Sequence record: CP121101.1
DNA from: a plasmid
Length of the DNA: 64,000 nucleotides
Reading direction: 5' to 3' (one strand)
Shown here: positions 11,187 to 23,065 of the stretch, piece by piece
How the letters are laid out: each line of letters opens with the position of its first letter
Position numbering within the stretch: position 1 is the first letter of the stretch
Made by a program: the position numbers and the translations under genes
The notes under the pieces: generated by a model
The model's input: the letters and a program-made list of their open reading frames with translations, nothing else
Database searches by the model: none
What the model was told of the DNA's origin: nothing

Positions 11187-14153
11187 CCGGTTGCAGAGGC
11201 CGTAGCGGCCTGAACTTCCCCGCGCCGATCTTGGCGCTGCTGCGCCATAGGTAATCACCGGTCAGGTTGATGTGCTCCCAGCCGAGAGTGGCGACAGGTA
11301 CTGCAATAGCGAGTCATCGACGGCATGACCATTGCCGCGCAACGCATGCGCCGCACGCTCCAGGTAGACCGTGTTCCACAGCACGATGGCCGCCGTCACC
11401 AGGTTGAGGCCGCTGGCCCGGTAGCGCTGCTGCTCGAAACTGCGGTCACGGATTTCACCAAGGCGGTTGAAGAACACGGCACGGGCCAGCGCATTGCGCG
11501 CCTCGCCCTTGTTCAGCCCGGCATGCACGCGGCGGCGTAGCTCGACGCTTTGCAGCCAGTCGAGGATGAACAGCGTGCGCTCGATGCGGCCCAACTCGCG
11601 CAGCGCGACGGCCAAGCCGTTCTGGCGCGGGTAGCTGCCGAGTTTCCTGAGCATCAGCGAGGCCGTCACCGTGCCCTGCTTGATCGAGGTGGCCAGCCGC
11701 AGGATTTCGTCCCAATGGGCGCGGACGTGCTTGATGTTGAGCGTGCCGCCGATCATCGGCTTGAGCGCGTCATAGGCGGCATCGCCCTTCGGGATGTAGA
11801 GCTTGGTGTCGCCCAGGTCGCGGATGCGCGGCGCGAAGCGGAAGCCCAAGAGGTGCATCAGGGCGAAGACGTGATCGGTGAAGCCCGCCGTGTCGGTGTA
11901 GTGCTCCTCGATCCGCAGGTCGGATTCGTGGTACAGCAGGCCGTCGAGCACGTAGGTTGAGTCGCGCAGGCCGACATTGACCACCTTGGTGTGGAATGGC
12001 GCGTATTGGTCGGAGATGTGGGTGTAGAAAGTCCGTCCTGGGCTGCTGCCATATTTTGGGTTGATGTGCCCCGTGCTCTTTGCCTTGCTAGCGGTTCGGA
12101 AATTCTGTCCGTCCGATGATGATGTGGTGCCATCGCCCCAGTGCCCGGCAAAGGGATGCCGAAACTGAGCGTTGACCAGTTCAGCCAACGCTGTCGAGTA
12201 CGTTTCGTCGCGGGTATGCCAGGCTTGCAGCCAAGCGAGCTTCGCGTAGGTCGTGCCGGGGCAGGACTCGGCCATCTTGGTCAGGCCCAGGTTGATGATC
12301 GCGTCGGCCAGGATCGTGGTCAACAACAGGTTCTTGTCCTTGGCCAGATCGCCCGATTTCAAGTGCGTGAAGTGCCGGGTGAAGCCCGTCCACTCATCGA
12401 CTTCGAGCAGCAGTTCGGTGATCTTGACGTGCGGCAGGACCATGGCTGTCTGGTCTATCAGCGCCTGCGCGGTGTCGGGCACCGCCGCATCCAGCGGCGT
12501 GATCTTCAAGCCCGACTCGGTGATGATGGCATCCGGCAGGTCGTTGGCTGCCGCCATGCGGTTGACGGTGGCAAGTTGTGCTTCCAGCAGCGTCAGCCGC
12601 TCATGCAGATATTGTTCGCAGTCGGTGGCCACGGCCAGCGGCAATTCGCTGGACTGCTTGAGGCTGGTGAACTTCTCGGGCGGTACCAGGTAGTCCTCGA
12701 AGTCCTTGAACTGGCGTGAACCCTGCACCCAGATGTCGCCCGAGCGCAGGGAGTTCTTCAACTCGGACAGCGCGCACAGTTCGTAGTAGCGCCGGTCGAT
12801 GCCGGCGTCGGTCATCACCAGTTTCTGCCAGCGCGGCTTGATGAAGCCGGTCGGTGCATCGGCTGGCAGCTTGCGGGCGTTGTCGGTGTTCATGCCGCGC
12901 AGCACCTCAATGGCATCAAGCACGTTTTTGGCGGCGGGCGCGGCCCGCAGCTTGAGCACGGCAAGGAATTCCGGTGCATAGCGGCGCAGGGTGGCGTAGC
13001 TCTCGCCGATGCGATGCAGGAAATCGAAGTCATCGGGTTGCGCGAGCTTCTGCGCCTCGGTGACGCTCTCGGCAAAGGAATCCCAGGACATGACGGCCTC
13101 GATGGCGGCAAACGCATCGCGGCCTGATTGCTTGGCGTCGATCAGCGCCTGACCGATGCGCCCGTACAGACGTACCTTGGCGTTGATGGCCTTGCCTGAC
13201 GCCTGGAACTGCTGCTGATGCTTATTCTTGGCAGCGTTAAACAGCTTACCCAGGATGCGGTCGTGCAGGTCGATGATTTCGTCGGTGACGGTGGCCATGC
13301 CCTCGGTGGCCAGCGCCACGAGAGTGGCGTAGCGCCGTTGCGGCTCGAATTTGGCCAGGTCGGCGGGTGTCATCTGGCCGCCCTCGCGGGCAATCTTGAG
13401 CAGGCGGTTCTGGTGAACCAGCCGCTCGATGCCGGTAGGCAGATCGAGTGCCTGCCATGCCTTGAGGCGTTCGATGTGTTCCAGCATATGCCGCGAATTT
13501 GGCTTGGCCGGAGACTGGCGCAACCAAGCCAACCAGGTCGTCTTGCCGTTGTCCCGGCGCTTGAGCAGATCGTCGAGGCGGCGGCGATGCGCGTCCGCCA
13601 GTGGTTCGGCCAAGGCGTCGTAGATGCGCCGGTTAGCACGGGTGATCGCCTCTGCACTCGCCCGCTCGACGGCGTTGAGGGCGGGCAGAATGACCGACTG
13701 CCGCCGCAGGTGCCCGATCAAGGCGCTGGCCAGCACGATGCCTTTGTCGGTTTGCATCGCCAGCTCGGTCAGCATCTGGACGGCCTGCCGGTAATGGCTC
13801 ATGGTGAAGGGCCGGAAACCGAACACGGTTTGCAGCTCGCTCAGGTGCTCGCGCCGGGTCTGCTCCCGCTGGCCGTACTCGTTCCAGCTTTCGACGCCGA
13901 CCTTGAGCTGGTCGGCGACCAGCTTCAACAAGGGCGGGAACGGTAGTTCATCGACGCCCAGGATGACGCCGGGAAAGCGCAGGTAACAGAGCTGCACCGC
14001 GAAGCCCAGCCGATTGGCTGGCCCGCGCCGCTGTCGGATGATCGAGAGGTCGGTATCGTTGAATGTGTAATGTCGGATCAGGTCGTCCTTGGAGTCCGGC
14101 AACGCCAGCAGGCTTTCCCGCTCGGCGGCGGACAGGATAGAACGACGTGGCAT
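11183..14153 (-). CDS. tnpA: Tn21-type TnpA transposase with an apparent 2-nt insertion near the 3' end
   Basis: 963-aa ORF matches Tn21 TnpA; the canonical C-terminus [27 protein letters not shown] is present in another frame from ~11290. Confidence 0.85.
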
Positions 14154-14169
14154 ATTTACTGATCCGTTC

Positions 14170-14715
14170 TCAAGTATTGATACAGGGTTTCGCGACTGAT
14201 TCCGAATTCACGAGCAAGCTTGGTCTTTTGCTCGCCAGCCTCGACACGTTGGCGCAGTTCGGCAATACGCTCAGACGACAGGGATTTCTTCCGCCACGGT
14301 AAGCCCCGCGTTGCTTGGCGAGCGCAATACCCTCGCGCTGACGCTCGCGGATCAGGGCGCGCTCGAACTCGGCGAACGCGCCCATCACCGAGAGCATCAG
14401 GTTCGCCATCGGAGAGTCTTCGCCAGTAAAACTGAGGTGTTCCTTGACGAATTCGATATGCACGCCGCGTTGTGTCAGCGTTTGCACGATCCGGCGCAAA
14501 TCATCGAGATTGCGCGCCAGGCGATCCATGCTATGCACCACCACGGTGTCGCCGGTGCGGGCGAAGCTTATCAGCGCTTCCAGTTGCGGACGCTTGACAT
14601 CCTTGCCGGATGCCTTGTCGCTAAAAGCGCGATCAACCTTGACGCCTTCCAGTTGCCGTTCCGGGTTCTGGTCGAAGGTGCTGACCCTGATATACCCAAT
14701 GCGCTGTCCAGTCAT
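14170..14715 (-). CDS. tnpR: Tn21-type resolvase TnpR with an apparent 1-nt deletion that puts the C-terminal HTH out of frame
   Basis: First 152 aa match Tn21 TnpR; tail diverges after AYRGG where ggcggaag replaces the expected ggccggaag. Confidence 0.85.
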   Translation of the reverse strand: MTGQRIGYIRVSTFDQNPERQLEGVKVDRAFSDKASGKDVKRPQLEALISFARTGDTVVVHSMDRLARNLDDLRRIVQTLTQRGVHIEFVKEHLSFTGEDSPMANLMLSVMGAFAEFERALIRERQREGIALAKQRGAYRGGRNPCRLSVLPNCANVSRLASKRPSLLVNSESVAKPCINT

Positions 14716-14840
14716 GGAATTCCCTGCAAAATGTCAGGGAAGACTCTATGACCTTCAACGAGATATGTCAATAAATTCAAAATTCAATCCTATCCTGACG
14801 CAATTTACACATGGCATCTGACATCAGGTTAGGGTATGCC
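14716..14840. promoter_or_regulatory. Tn21 res site between tnpR and tnpM
   Basis: Position in the Tn21 layout. Confidence 0.6.
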
Positions 14841-15191
14841 TCAACCTGACGGCGGCGAATCACAAGCGTCCGGTTTGACGCTGGTTTCGGTCGCAGTGCT
14901 GGCCCGCGCCTGGAAGCGCTGATAGCACTCCAGCCCGCAGAAATGCTCCACGTACTCGGCCCCTTCCGGCGTGAAGGCGGCATCGAGCGGGATTTCCTTG
15001 CAGCACACGCAGCAACTGGTGCTCGGTTCATTGGCGTTCATGGTGGTGTTCCTCCATTGGTTGACGAAGCCGACGAAGGCCGCCGCCGGCATCGGCCTGG
15101 CGAACAGGAAACCCTGCACCGTGTCGCAACCCGCCTGCCGCAACCACGCAAGGCAGTCGGGTGTTTCCACACCCTCGGCTACCACCTCCAT
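14841..15191 (-). CDS. tnpM: TnpM, the urf2M remnant separated by integron insertion
   Basis: [34 protein letters not shown]... matches Tn21 TnpM and abuts IRi. Confidence 0.85.
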
Positions 15192-15216
15192 TGTCGTTTT
15201 CAGAAGACGGCTGCAC
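15192..15216. repeat. Class 1 integron IRi
   Basis: TGTCGTTTTCAGAAGACGGCTGCAC. Confidence 0.95.
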
Positions 15217-15392
15217 TGAACGTCAGAAGCCGACTGCACTATAGCAGCGGAGGGGTTGGATCCATCAGGCAACGACGGGCTGCTGCCGGCATCAGCGGAC
15301 GCAGGGAGGACTTTCCGCAACCGGCCGTTCGATGCGGCACCGATGGCCTTCGCGCAGGGGTAGTGAATCCGCCAGGATTGACTTGCGCTGCC

Positions 15393-16406
15393 CTACCTCT
15401 CACTAGTGAGGGGCGGCAGCGCATCAAGCGGTGAGCGCACTCCGGCACCGCCAACTTTCAGCACATGCGTGTAAATCATCGTCGTAGAGACGTCGGAATG
15501 GCCGAGCAGATCCTGCACGGTTCGAATGTCGTAACCGCTGCGGAGCAAGGCCGTCGCGAACGAGTGGCGGAGGGTGTGCGGTGTGGCGGGCTTCGTGATG
15601 CCTGCTTGTTCTACGGCACGTTTGAAGGCGCGCTGAAAGGTCTGGTCATACATGTGATGGCGACGCACGACACCGCTCCGTGGATCGGTCGAATGCGTGT
15701 GCTGCGCAAAAACCCAGAACCACGGCCAGGAATGCCCGGCGCGCGGATACTTCCGCTCAAGGGCGTCGGGAAGCGCAACGCCGCTGCGGCCCTCGGCCTG
15801 GTCCTTCAGCCACCATGCCCGTGCACGCGACAGCTGCTCGCGCAGGCTGGGTGCCAAGCTCTCGGGTAACATCAAGGCCCGATCCTTGGAGCCCTTGCCC
15901 TCCCGCACGATGATCGTGCCGTGATCGAAATCCAGATCCTTGACCCGCAGTTGCAAACCCTCACTGATCCGCATGCCCGTTCCATACAGAAGCTGGGCGA
16001 ACAAACGATGCTCGCCTTCCAGAAAACCGAGGATGCGAACCACTTCATCCGGGGTCAGCACCACCGGCAAGCGCCGCGACGGCCGAGGTCTTCCGATCTC
16101 CTGAAGCCAGGGCAGATCCGTGCACAGCACCTTGCCGTAGAAGAACAGCAAGGCCGCCAATGCCTGACGATGCGTGGAGACCGAAACCTTGCGCTCGTTC
16201 GCCAGCCAGGACAGAAATGCCTCGACTTCGCTGCTGCCCAAGGTTGCCGGGTGACGCACACCGTGGAAACGGATGAAGGCACGAACCCAGTGGACATAAG
16301 CCTGTTCGGTTGGTAAGCTGTAATGCAAGTAGCGTATGCGCTCACGCAACTGGTCCAGAACCTTGACCGAACGCAGCGGTGGTAACGGCGCAGTGGCGGT
16401 TTTCAT
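15393..16406 (-). CDS. intI1: Class 1 integron integrase IntI1 (337 aa, intact)
   Basis: Full-length match to IntI1. Confidence 0.97.
   Translation of the reverse strand: MKTATAPLPPLRSVKVLDQLRERIRYLHYSLPTEQAYVHWVRAFIRFHGVRHPATLGSSEVEAFLSWLANERKVSVSTHRQALAALLFFYGKVLCTDLPWLQEIGRPRPSRRLPVVLTPDEVVRILGFLEGEHRLFAQLLYGTGMRISEGLQLRVKDLDFDHGTIIVREGKGSKDRALMLPESLAPSLREQLSRARAWWLKDQAEGRSGVALPDALERKYPRAGHSWPWFWVFAQHTHSTDPRSGVVRRHHMYDQTFQRAFKRAVEQAGITKPATPHTLRHSFATALLRSGYDIRTVQDLLGHSDVSTTMIYTHVLKVGGAGVRSPLDALPPLTSER
16291..16319 (+). promoter_or_regulatory. Cassette promoter Pc, weak variant with TGN-extended -10: TGGACA, 17-bp spacer, TGg-TAAGCT; P2 inactive (14-bp spacer)
   Basis: tggacataagcctgttcggttggtaagct; ttgtta-N14-tacagt further downstream. 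Confidence 0.75.
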
Positions 16407-16481
16407 GGCTTGTTATGACTGTTTTTTTGTACAGTCTATGCCTCGGGCATCCAAGCAGCAAGCGCGTTACGCCGTGGGTCG

Positions 16482-16546
16482 ATGTTTGATGTTATGGAGC
16501 AGCAACGATGTTACGCAGCAGGGCAGTCGCCCTAAAACAAAGTTAT
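16482..16546 (+). other. attI1 recombination site, crossover after G at 16542
   Basis: ...ccctaaaacaaag|ttatgtg. Confidence 0.7.
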
Positions 16547-16757
16547 GTGTTTTTCTTGCAAGCGCCATGATTAATCAAAACTTTTTTCTAGCCATGCGGC
16601 ATGGGTGAATTAAAAAACAGTGCCTTAGAGCGTCAATTTGGTACCTTATTTTTGCGATTTTAAGTGGTTGTAAGTTGCTGTTTTTAAGGTGTTTATTTTT
16701 CTTGAGAACTGGTTGGTAAATGTTAGTCTTCGACTCAAATAGAAAGAGGGCTAGAAA

Positions 16758-17413
16758 ATGGATAAAACAGACCAGTTATATGTACAAGCAGACTTTTCAC
16801 ATCAAGACATGAGTGGTCAGTATTTTAAAAATTGCAAATTTTTCTGCTGTTCCTTTAAACGAGCGAACCTCCGCGATACACAATTTGTAGATTGTTCTTT
16901 CATTGAACGAGGTGAATTAGAGGGGTGTGATTTTTCTTACTCGGATCTTAGAGATGCATCTTTTAAAAACTGCAGTCTTTCAATGTCGTATTTCAAAGGT
17001 GCAAATTGTTTTGGTATCGAGTTCAGAGAATGCGATTTAAAGGGTGCCAATTTTGCTCAAGCTAGCTTCATGAATCAGGTATCGAACAGAATGTATTTTT
17101 GTTCAGCTTATATAACAGGTTGTAATCTTTCATACGCCAACTTTGAAAGGCAGTGTATCGAAAAGTGTGATTTGTTTGAGAATAGATGGATTGGCGCAAA
17201 TCTGAGTGGTGCATCATTTAAAGAGTCTGATTTAAGTCGGGGAGTATTTTCTGAAGGGTGTTGGAGCCAGTGTAGGTTGCAAGGTTGTGTTTGAGCCACT
17301 CGGAGTTGTATGGTTTAGACCCTCGGAAAGTTGACCTTACAGGTGTAAAAATCTGTTCGTGGCAGCAAGAACAACTTTTAGAGCAATTAGGTTTAATAGT
17401 AGTTCCTGACTAA
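16758..17413 (+). CDS. qnrVC: qnrVC4-like pentapeptide-repeat quinolone-resistance gene; 1-nt deletion near 17286 truncates the ORF at 17294
   Basis: MDKTDQLYVQADFSHQDMSGQYF...; the canonical C-terminus DLSHSELYGLDPRKVDLTGVKICSWQQEQLLEQLGLIVVPD continues in the +1 frame to 17413. Confidence 0.85.
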
Positions 17414-17435
17414 ATTTGATGGTTTGAACACACAC

Positions 17436-17551
17436 ATAACAAACGCCTCAAGAGGGACTGTCAACGCGTGGCGTTTCCAGTCCCAATGAGCTGTGGTGGT
17501 TACGGCTGTTGTGTTTGGGTTTAGTGTCATGCGTTGCCAGCCCCTTAGGCG
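17436..17551 (+). other. VCR-type (Vibrio cholerae repeat) attC of the qnrVC cassette
   Basis: ataacaaacgcctcaagagggactgtcaacgcgtggcgtttccag...cccttaggcgggcgttagat. Confidence 0.75.
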
Positions 17552-17669
17552 GGCGTTAGATGCCAGATTTGGCGTTGCGTATGCTCACAGAAAATCGACA
17601 GCCGCAAGACTGTTTTTGGCAACTCATAGCCACCACTATTTATCCTTCATACCGTAGAGGAGATTGCAC

Positions 17670-18000
17670 GTGAAGAACTGGCTCTTTCTGGCTATTGCAA
17701 TATTTGGTGAGGTCGTCGCAACTTCCGCACTGAAGTCCAGCCATGGATTCACCAAGTTAGTTCCTTCTGTTGTAGTTGTGGCTGGCTAGGCTTGCGTTCT
17801 ATTTCCTCTCTCTCGCAATCAAGTCCATCCCGGTCGGCATTGCTTATGCTGTTTGGGCTGGCCTCGGCATCGTACTTGTGGCAGCTATCGCTTGGATCTT
17901 CCATGGCCAGAAACTAGACTTGTGGGCGTTCGTTGGCATGGGACTTATCGTTAGTGGCGTCGCCGTTCTAAATCTGCTATCCAAGGTCAGCGCACATTGA
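17670..18000 (+). CDS. qacH: qacF/qacH-family SMR efflux cassette gene; 2-nt deletion splits it into a GTG-start 39-aa N-part and the 17776..18000 C-part
   Basis: [39 protein letters not shown] followed in another frame by ...[67 protein letters not shown]. Confidence 0.8.
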
Positions 18001-18088
18001 TCGGGCTGGCATCTAACAATTCATTCAAGCCGACGCCGCTTCGCGGCGCGGCTTAATTCAGGTGTTAGGCATCACAAAGTACAGCATC

Positions 18089-18643
18089 GTGACCAACAGC
18101 AACGATTCCGTCACACTGCGCCTCATGACTGAGCATGACCTTGCGATGCTCTATGAGTGGCTAAATCGATCTCATATCGTCGAGTGGTGGGGCGGAGAAG
18201 AAGCACGCCCGACACTTGCTGACGTACAGGAACAGTACTTGCCAAGCGTTTTAGCGCAAGAGTCCGTCACTCCATACATTGCAATGCTGAATGGAGAGCC
18301 GATTGGGTATGCCCAGTCGTACGTTGCTCTTGGAAGCGGGGACGGATGGTGGGAAGAAGAAACCGATCCAGGAGTACGCGGAATAGACCAGTCACTGGCG
18401 AATGCATCACAACTGGGCAAAGGCTTGGGAACCAAGCTGGTTCGAGCTCTGGTTGAGTTGCTGTTCAATGATCCCGAGGTCACCAAGATCCAAACGGACC
18501 CGTCGCCGAGCAACTTGCGAGCGATCCGATGCTACGAGAAAGCGGGGTTTGAGAAGCAAGGTACCGTAACCACCCCAGATGGTCCAGCCGTGTACATGGT
18601 TCAAACACGCCAGGCATTCGAGCGAACACGCAGTGATGCCTAA
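18089..18643 (+). CDS. aac(6')-Ib: Aminoglycoside 6'-N-acetyltransferase AAC(6')-Ib (aacA4), non-cr allele with W102 and D179
   Basis: [26 protein letters not shown]...GDGWWEEE...[12 protein letters not shown]. Confidence 0.9.
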   Translation: MTNSNDSVTLRLMTEHDLAMLYEWLNRSHIVEWWGGEEARPTLADVQEQYLPSVLAQESVTPYIAMLNGEPIGYAQSYVALGSGDGWWEEETDPGVRGIDQSLANASQLGKGLGTKLVRALVELLFNDPEVTKIQTDPSPSNLRAIRCYEKAGFEKQGTVTTPDGPAVYMVQTRQAFERTRSDA

Positions 18644-18729
18644 GTCAAACGTTGGGCGCACAATAAGGCTCCTCGCAGAGTTGCTTGAAAGTTGTTACGA
18701 TTCAAATTCAATCATGAGATAGTCAGCAG

Positions 18730-18759
18730 ATGAGCACTTCCAAGAACGCAGACAAGTAA
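18730..18759 (+). promoter_or_regulatory. cmlA translational-attenuation leader peptide MSTSKNADK
   Basis: atgagcacttccaagaacgcagacaagtaa upstream of cmlA. Confidence 0.8.
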
Positions 18760-18856
18760 GCCGCAGCAACCTTCATTTTTCGGTTTTGCGGCGTTCTCAT
18801 GAATCCTTTTGCTCTACGGGAGCGCCGCCAAATCCTTTGTTCAAGGAGATGGTTTC

Positions 18857-20116
18857 GTGCGCTCAAAAAACTTTAGTTGGCGGTACTCCCTTGCCGCCAC
18901 GGTGTTGTTGTTATCACCGTTCGATTTATTGGCATCACTCGGCATGGACATGTACTTGCCAGCAGTGCCGTTTATGCCAAACGCGCTTGGTACGACAGCG
19001 AGCACAATTCAGCTTACGCTGACAACGTACTTGGTCATGATTGGTGCCGGTCAGCTCTTGTTTGGACCGCTATCGGACCGACTGGGGCGCCGCCCCGTTC
19101 TACTGGGAGGTGGCCTCGCCTACGTTGTGGCGTCAATGGGCCTCGCTCTTACGTCATCGGCTGAAGTCTTTCTGGGGCTTCGGATTCTTCAGGCTTGTGG
19201 TGCCTCGGCGTGCCTTGTTTCCACATTTGCAACAGTACGTGACATTTACGCAGGTCGCGAGGAAAGTAATGTCATTTACGGCATACTCGGATCCATGCTG
19301 GCCATGGTCCCGGCGGTAGGCCCATTGCTCGGAGCGCTCGTCGACATGTGGCTTGGGTGGCGGGCTATCTTTGCGTTTCTAGGTTTGGGCATGATCGCTG
19401 CATCTGCAGCAGCGTGGCGATTCTGGCCTGAAACCCGGGTGCAACGAGTTGCGGGCTTGCAATGGTCGCAGCTGCTACTCCCCGTTAAGTGCCTGAACTT
19501 CTGGTTGTACACGTTGTGTTACGCCGCTGGAATGGGTAGCTTCTTCGTCTTTTTCTCCATTGCGCCCGGACTAATGATGGGCAGGCAAGGTGTGTCTCAG
19601 CTTGGCTTCAGCCTGCTGTTCGCCACAGTGGCAATTGCCATGGTGTTTACGGCTCGTTTTATGGGGCGTGTGATACCCAAGTGGGGCAGCCCAAGTGTCT
19701 TGCGAATGGGAATGGGATGCCTGATAGCTGGAGCAGTATTGCTTGCCATCACCGAAATATGGGCTTCGCAGTCCGTGTTAGGCTTTATTGCTCCAATGTG
19801 GCTAGTGGGTATTGGTGTCGCCACAGCGGTATCTGTGTCGCCCAATGGCGCTCTTCGAGGATTCGACCATGTTGCTGGAACGGTCACGGCAGTCTACTTC
19901 TGCTTGGGCGGTGTACTGCTAGGAAGCATCGGAACGTTGATCATTTCGCTGTTGCCGCGCAACACGGCTTGGCCGGTTGTCGTGTACTGTTTGACCCTTG
20001 CAACAGTCGTGCTCGGTCTGTCTTGTGTTTCCCGAGTGAAGGGCTCTCGCGGCCAGGGGGAGCATGATGTGGTCGCGCTACAAAGTGCGGAAAGTACATC
20101 AAATCCCAATCGTTGA
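18857..20116 (+). CDS. cmlA1: Chloramphenicol efflux MFS transporter CmlA1 (419 aa)
   Basis: GTG start VRSKNFSWRYSLAATVLLLSPFDLLASLGMDMYLPAV...; full-length. Confidence 0.92.
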   Translation: MRSKNFSWRYSLAATVLLLSPFDLLASLGMDMYLPAVPFMPNALGTTASTIQLTLTTYLVMIGAGQLLFGPLSDRLGRRPVLLGGGLAYVVASMGLALTSSAEVFLGLRILQACGASACLVSTFATVRDIYAGREESNVIYGILGSMLAMVPAVGPLLGALVDMWLGWRAIFAFLGLGMIAASAAAWRFWPETRVQRVAGLQWSQLLLPVKCLNFWLYTLCYAAGMGSFFVFFSIAPGLMMGRQGVSQLGFSLLFATVAIAMVFTARFMGRVIPKWGSPSVLRMGMGCLIAGAVLLAITEIWASQSVLGFIAPMWLVGIGVATAVSVSPNGALRGFDHVAGTVTAVYFCLGGVLLGSIGTLIISLLPRNTAWPVVVYCLTLATVVLGLSCVSRVKGSRGQGEHDVVALQSAESTSNPNR

Positions 20117-20380
20117 GAGAATGTGGCAAGCTATCGCCCAACAAATCGCTGCAGCCGACCCAAAACCGCTACGCGGTTTCGGTCGGCTGAGCTCAGGCGT
20201 TAGGCCTCGCCGAAGCGAAAGATCGCTACTTGAAGTGTTGACGCCTTTGTTTTAAAGTTTCGCGTCTATCTTTCTGATTTTGTTAAAAAATCAGACTTTG
20301 ATTAATCATGTTAGACGTCAGAGGTATTTTGACTTAAACGCCTCTGAGGTCGAATTAACGTTAGCCACCAAGAAGGTGCC

Positions 20381-21181
20381 ATGAAAACATTTGCCGCATA
20401 TGTAATTATCGCGTGTCTTTCGAGTACGGCATTAGCTGGTTCAATTACAGAAAATACGTCTTGGAACAAAGAGTTCTCTGCCGAAGCCGTCAATGGTGTC
20501 TTCGTGCTTTGTAAAAGTAGCAGTAAATCCTGCGCTACCAATGACTTAGCTCGTGCATCAAAGGAATATCTTCCAGCATCAACATTTAAGATCCCCAACG
20601 CAATTATCGGCCTAGAAACTGGTGTCATAAAGAATGAGCATCAGGTTTTCAAATGGGACGGAAAGCCAAGAGCCATGAAGCAATGGGAAAGAGACTTGAC
20701 CTTAAGAGGGGCAATACAAGTTTCAGCTGTTCCCGTATTTCAACAAATCGCCAGAGAAGTTGGCGAAGTAAGAATGCAGAAATACCTTAAAAAATTTTCC
20801 TATGGCAACCAGAATATCAGTGGTGGCATTGACAAATTCTGGTTGGAAGGCCAGCTTAGAATTTCCGCAGTTAATCAAGTGGAGTTTCTAGAGTCTCTAT
20901 ATTTAAATAAATTGTCAGCATCTAAAGAAAACCAGCTAATAGTAAAAGAGGCTTTGGTAACGGAGGCGGCACCTGAATATCTAGTGCATTCAAAAACTGG
21001 TTTTTCTGGTGTGGGAACTGAGTCAAATCCTGGTGTCGCATGGTGGGTTGGGTGGGTTGAGAAGGAGACAGAGGTTTACTTTTTCGCCTTTAACATGGAT
21101 ATAGACAACGAAAGTAAGTTGCCGCTAAGAAAATCCATTCCCACCAAAATCATGGAAAGTGAGGGCATCATTGGTGGCTAA
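20381..21181 (+). CDS. blaOXA-10: Class D beta-lactamase OXA-10 (266 aa)
   Basis: [32 protein letters not shown]...[11 protein letters not shown]. Confidence 0.95.
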   Translation: MKTFAAYVIIACLSSTALAGSITENTSWNKEFSAEAVNGVFVLCKSSSKSCATNDLARASKEYLPASTFKIPNAIIGLETGVIKNEHQVFKWDGKPRAMKQWERDLTLRGAIQVSAVPVFQQIAREVGEVRMQKYLKKFSYGNQNISGGIDKFWLEGQLRISAVNQVEFLESLYLNKLSASKENQLIVKEALVTEAAPEYLVHSKTGFSGVGTESNPGVAWWVGWVEKETEVYFFAFNMDIDNESKLPLRKSIPTKIMESEGIIGG

Positions 21182-21197
21182 AACAAAGTTAAACATC

Positions 21198-21989
21198 ATG
21201 AGGGAAGTGGTGATCGCCGAAGTATCGACTCAACTATCAGAGGTAGTTGGCGTCATCGAGCGCCATCTCGAACCGACGTTGCTGGCCGTACATTTGTACG
21301 GCTCCGCAGTGGATGGCGGCCTGAAGCCACACAGTGATATTGATTTGCTGGTTACGGTGACCGTAAGGCTTGATGAAACAACGCGGCGAGCTTTGATCAA
21401 CGACCTTTTGGAAACTTCGGCTTCCCCTGGAGAGAGCGAGATTCTCCGCGCTGTAGAAGTCACCATTGTTGTGCACGACGACATCATTCCGTGGCGTTAT
21501 CCAGCTAAGCGCGAACTGCAATTTGGAGAATGGCAGCGCAATGACATTCTTGCAGGTATCTTCGAGCCAGCCACGATCGACATTGATCTGGCTATCTTGC
21601 TGACAAAAGCAAGAGAACATAGCGTTGCCTTGGTAGGTCCAGCGGCGGAGGAACTCTTTGATCCGGTTCCTGAACAGGATCTATTTGAGGCGCTAAATGA
21701 AACCTTAACGCTATGGAACTCGCCGCCCGACTGGGCTGGCGATGAGCGAAATGTAGTGCTTACGTTGTCCCGCATTTGGTACAGCGCAGTAACCGGCAAA
21801 ATCGCGCCGAAGGATGTCGCTGCCGACTGGGCAATGGAGCGCCTGCCGGCCCAGTATCAGCCCGTCATACTTGAAGCTAGACAGGCTTATCTTGGACAAG
21901 AAGAAGATCGCTTGGCCTCGCGCGCAGATCAGTTGGAAGAATTTGTTCACTACGTGAAAGGCGAGATCACCAAGGTAGTCGGCAAATAA
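21198..21989 (+). CDS. aadA1: Aminoglycoside 3''-adenylyltransferase AadA1 (263 aa), fused to blaOXA-10 with no attC between them
   Basis: MREVVIAEVSTQLSEVVGVIERHLEPTLLAVHLYGSAVDGGLKP...; only 16 bp separate the blaOXA-10 stop from the aadA1 start. Confidence 0.92.
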   Translation: MREVVIAEVSTQLSEVVGVIERHLEPTLLAVHLYGSAVDGGLKPHSDIDLLVTVTVRLDETTRRALINDLLETSASPGESEILRAVEVTIVVHDDIIPWRYPAKRELQFGEWQRNDILAGIFEPATIDIDLAILLTKAREHSVALVGPAAEELFDPVPEQDLFEALNETLTLWNSPPDWAGDERNVVLTLSRIWYSAVTGKIAPKDVAADWAMERLPAQYQPVILEARQAYLGQEEDRLASRADQLEEFVHYVKGEITKVVGK

Positions 21990-22014
21990 TGTCTAACTCA
22001 AGCGTTAACCCAGG

Positions 22015-22497
22015 ATGAGAACCTTGAAAGTATCATTGATGGCTGCGAAAGCGAAAAACGGCGTGATTGGTTGCGGTCCAGACATACCCTGGTCCGCGAA
22101 AGGGGAGCAGCTACTTTTTAAAGCATTGACCTACAATCAGTGGCTTCTGGTGGGTCGCAAGACGTTTGAATCTATGGGCGCACTCCCCAATAGGAAATAC
22201 GCGGTCGTTACCCGCTCAGGTTGGACATCAAATGATGACAATGTAGTTGTATTTCAGTCAATCGAAGAGGCCATGGACAGGCTAGCTGAATTCACCGGTC
22301 ACGTTATAGTGTCTGGTGGCGGAGAAATTTACCGAGAAACATTACCCATGGCCTCTACGCTCCACTTATCGACGATCGACATCGAGCCAGAGGGGGATGT
22401 TTTCTTCCCGAGTATTCCAAATACCTTCGAAGTTGTTTTTGAGCAACACTTTACTTCAAACATTAACTATTGCTATCAAATTTGGAAAAAGGGTTAA
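22015..22497 (+). CDS. dfrA14: Trimethoprim-resistant dihydrofolate reductase, dfrA5/dfrA14 group; true start probably TTG at 22024
   Basis: ...[63 protein letters not shown]... Confidence 0.85.
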   Translation: MRTLKVSLMAAKAKNGVIGCGPDIPWSAKGEQLLFKALTYNQWLLVGRKTFESMGALPNRKYAVVTRSGWTSNDDNVVVFQSIEEAMDRLAEFTGHVIVSGGGEIYRETLPMASTLHLSTIDIEPEGDVFFPSIPNTFEVVFEQHFTSNINYCYQIWKKG

Positions 22498-22708
22498 CAA
22501 AGCTATGCAATCGACGGCAAAAAGCTTCGTTCGCTTCGCGCACTACGCCTTTTCCGCGATTGATAGCGACGTTATGTGAATATTGAAATGAGCATTCCAA
22601 AGAAAGGAAGTAGAAAAATTATCGTGGGCGAAAATGAGTTTTTGTGGCTCATTAGGTCAAAACTCACATATTCGCAGGACTGTTTAGGTACAGAAATGAC
22701 TGCGGTCG

Positions 22709-22946
22709 TTGAACCGGATGCCGGTCCTCACTGATGAAGAAGTGAACACCGTACGGGAATCGTGCCGGCAGCTTGGAGCTATCGGCCGGAACCTCAACCA
22801 GGTGGCCAGGGCCTTGAACATCGAGTTCAGGGAAAGTGACAAGCTCAAGCAAGAGGCCATCGAAAAACTGGCCGAACGGATCGACCAGCATTTGGACCAT
22901 GTGTCTGAGCTGTTCGATAAGACCTGGAGCCGGTGGCACGATTGTC
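22709..22946 (+). pseudogene. mobC: Truncated mobC-family mobilization accessory gene, 3' end cut by IRt
   Basis: GRNLNQVARALN motif; the ORF runs into IRt at 22947. Confidence 0.6.
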
Positions 22947-23065
22947 ATTTTCAGAAGACGACTGCACCAGTTGATTGGGCGTAATGGCTGTTGTGCAGCC
23001 AGCTCCTGACAGTTCAATATCAGAAGTGATCTGCACCAATCTCGACTATGCTCAATACTCGTGTG
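22947..23065. repeat. Inner inverted copy of the integron IRt end: 25-bp IRt plus 94 bp of tni end, abutting IS6100
   Basis: tgtcattttcagaagacgactgcac...; same 119 bp repeated in inverted orientation at 32740..32861. Confidence 0.85.

Noticed and set aside
11325-13946. Numerous 60–240-aa ORFs in other frames over tnpA (for example 12141..12719, 13218..13946, 11550..11960)
   Set aside because: High-GC antisense or out-of-frame ORFs inside a canonical Tn21 tnpA; no independent support
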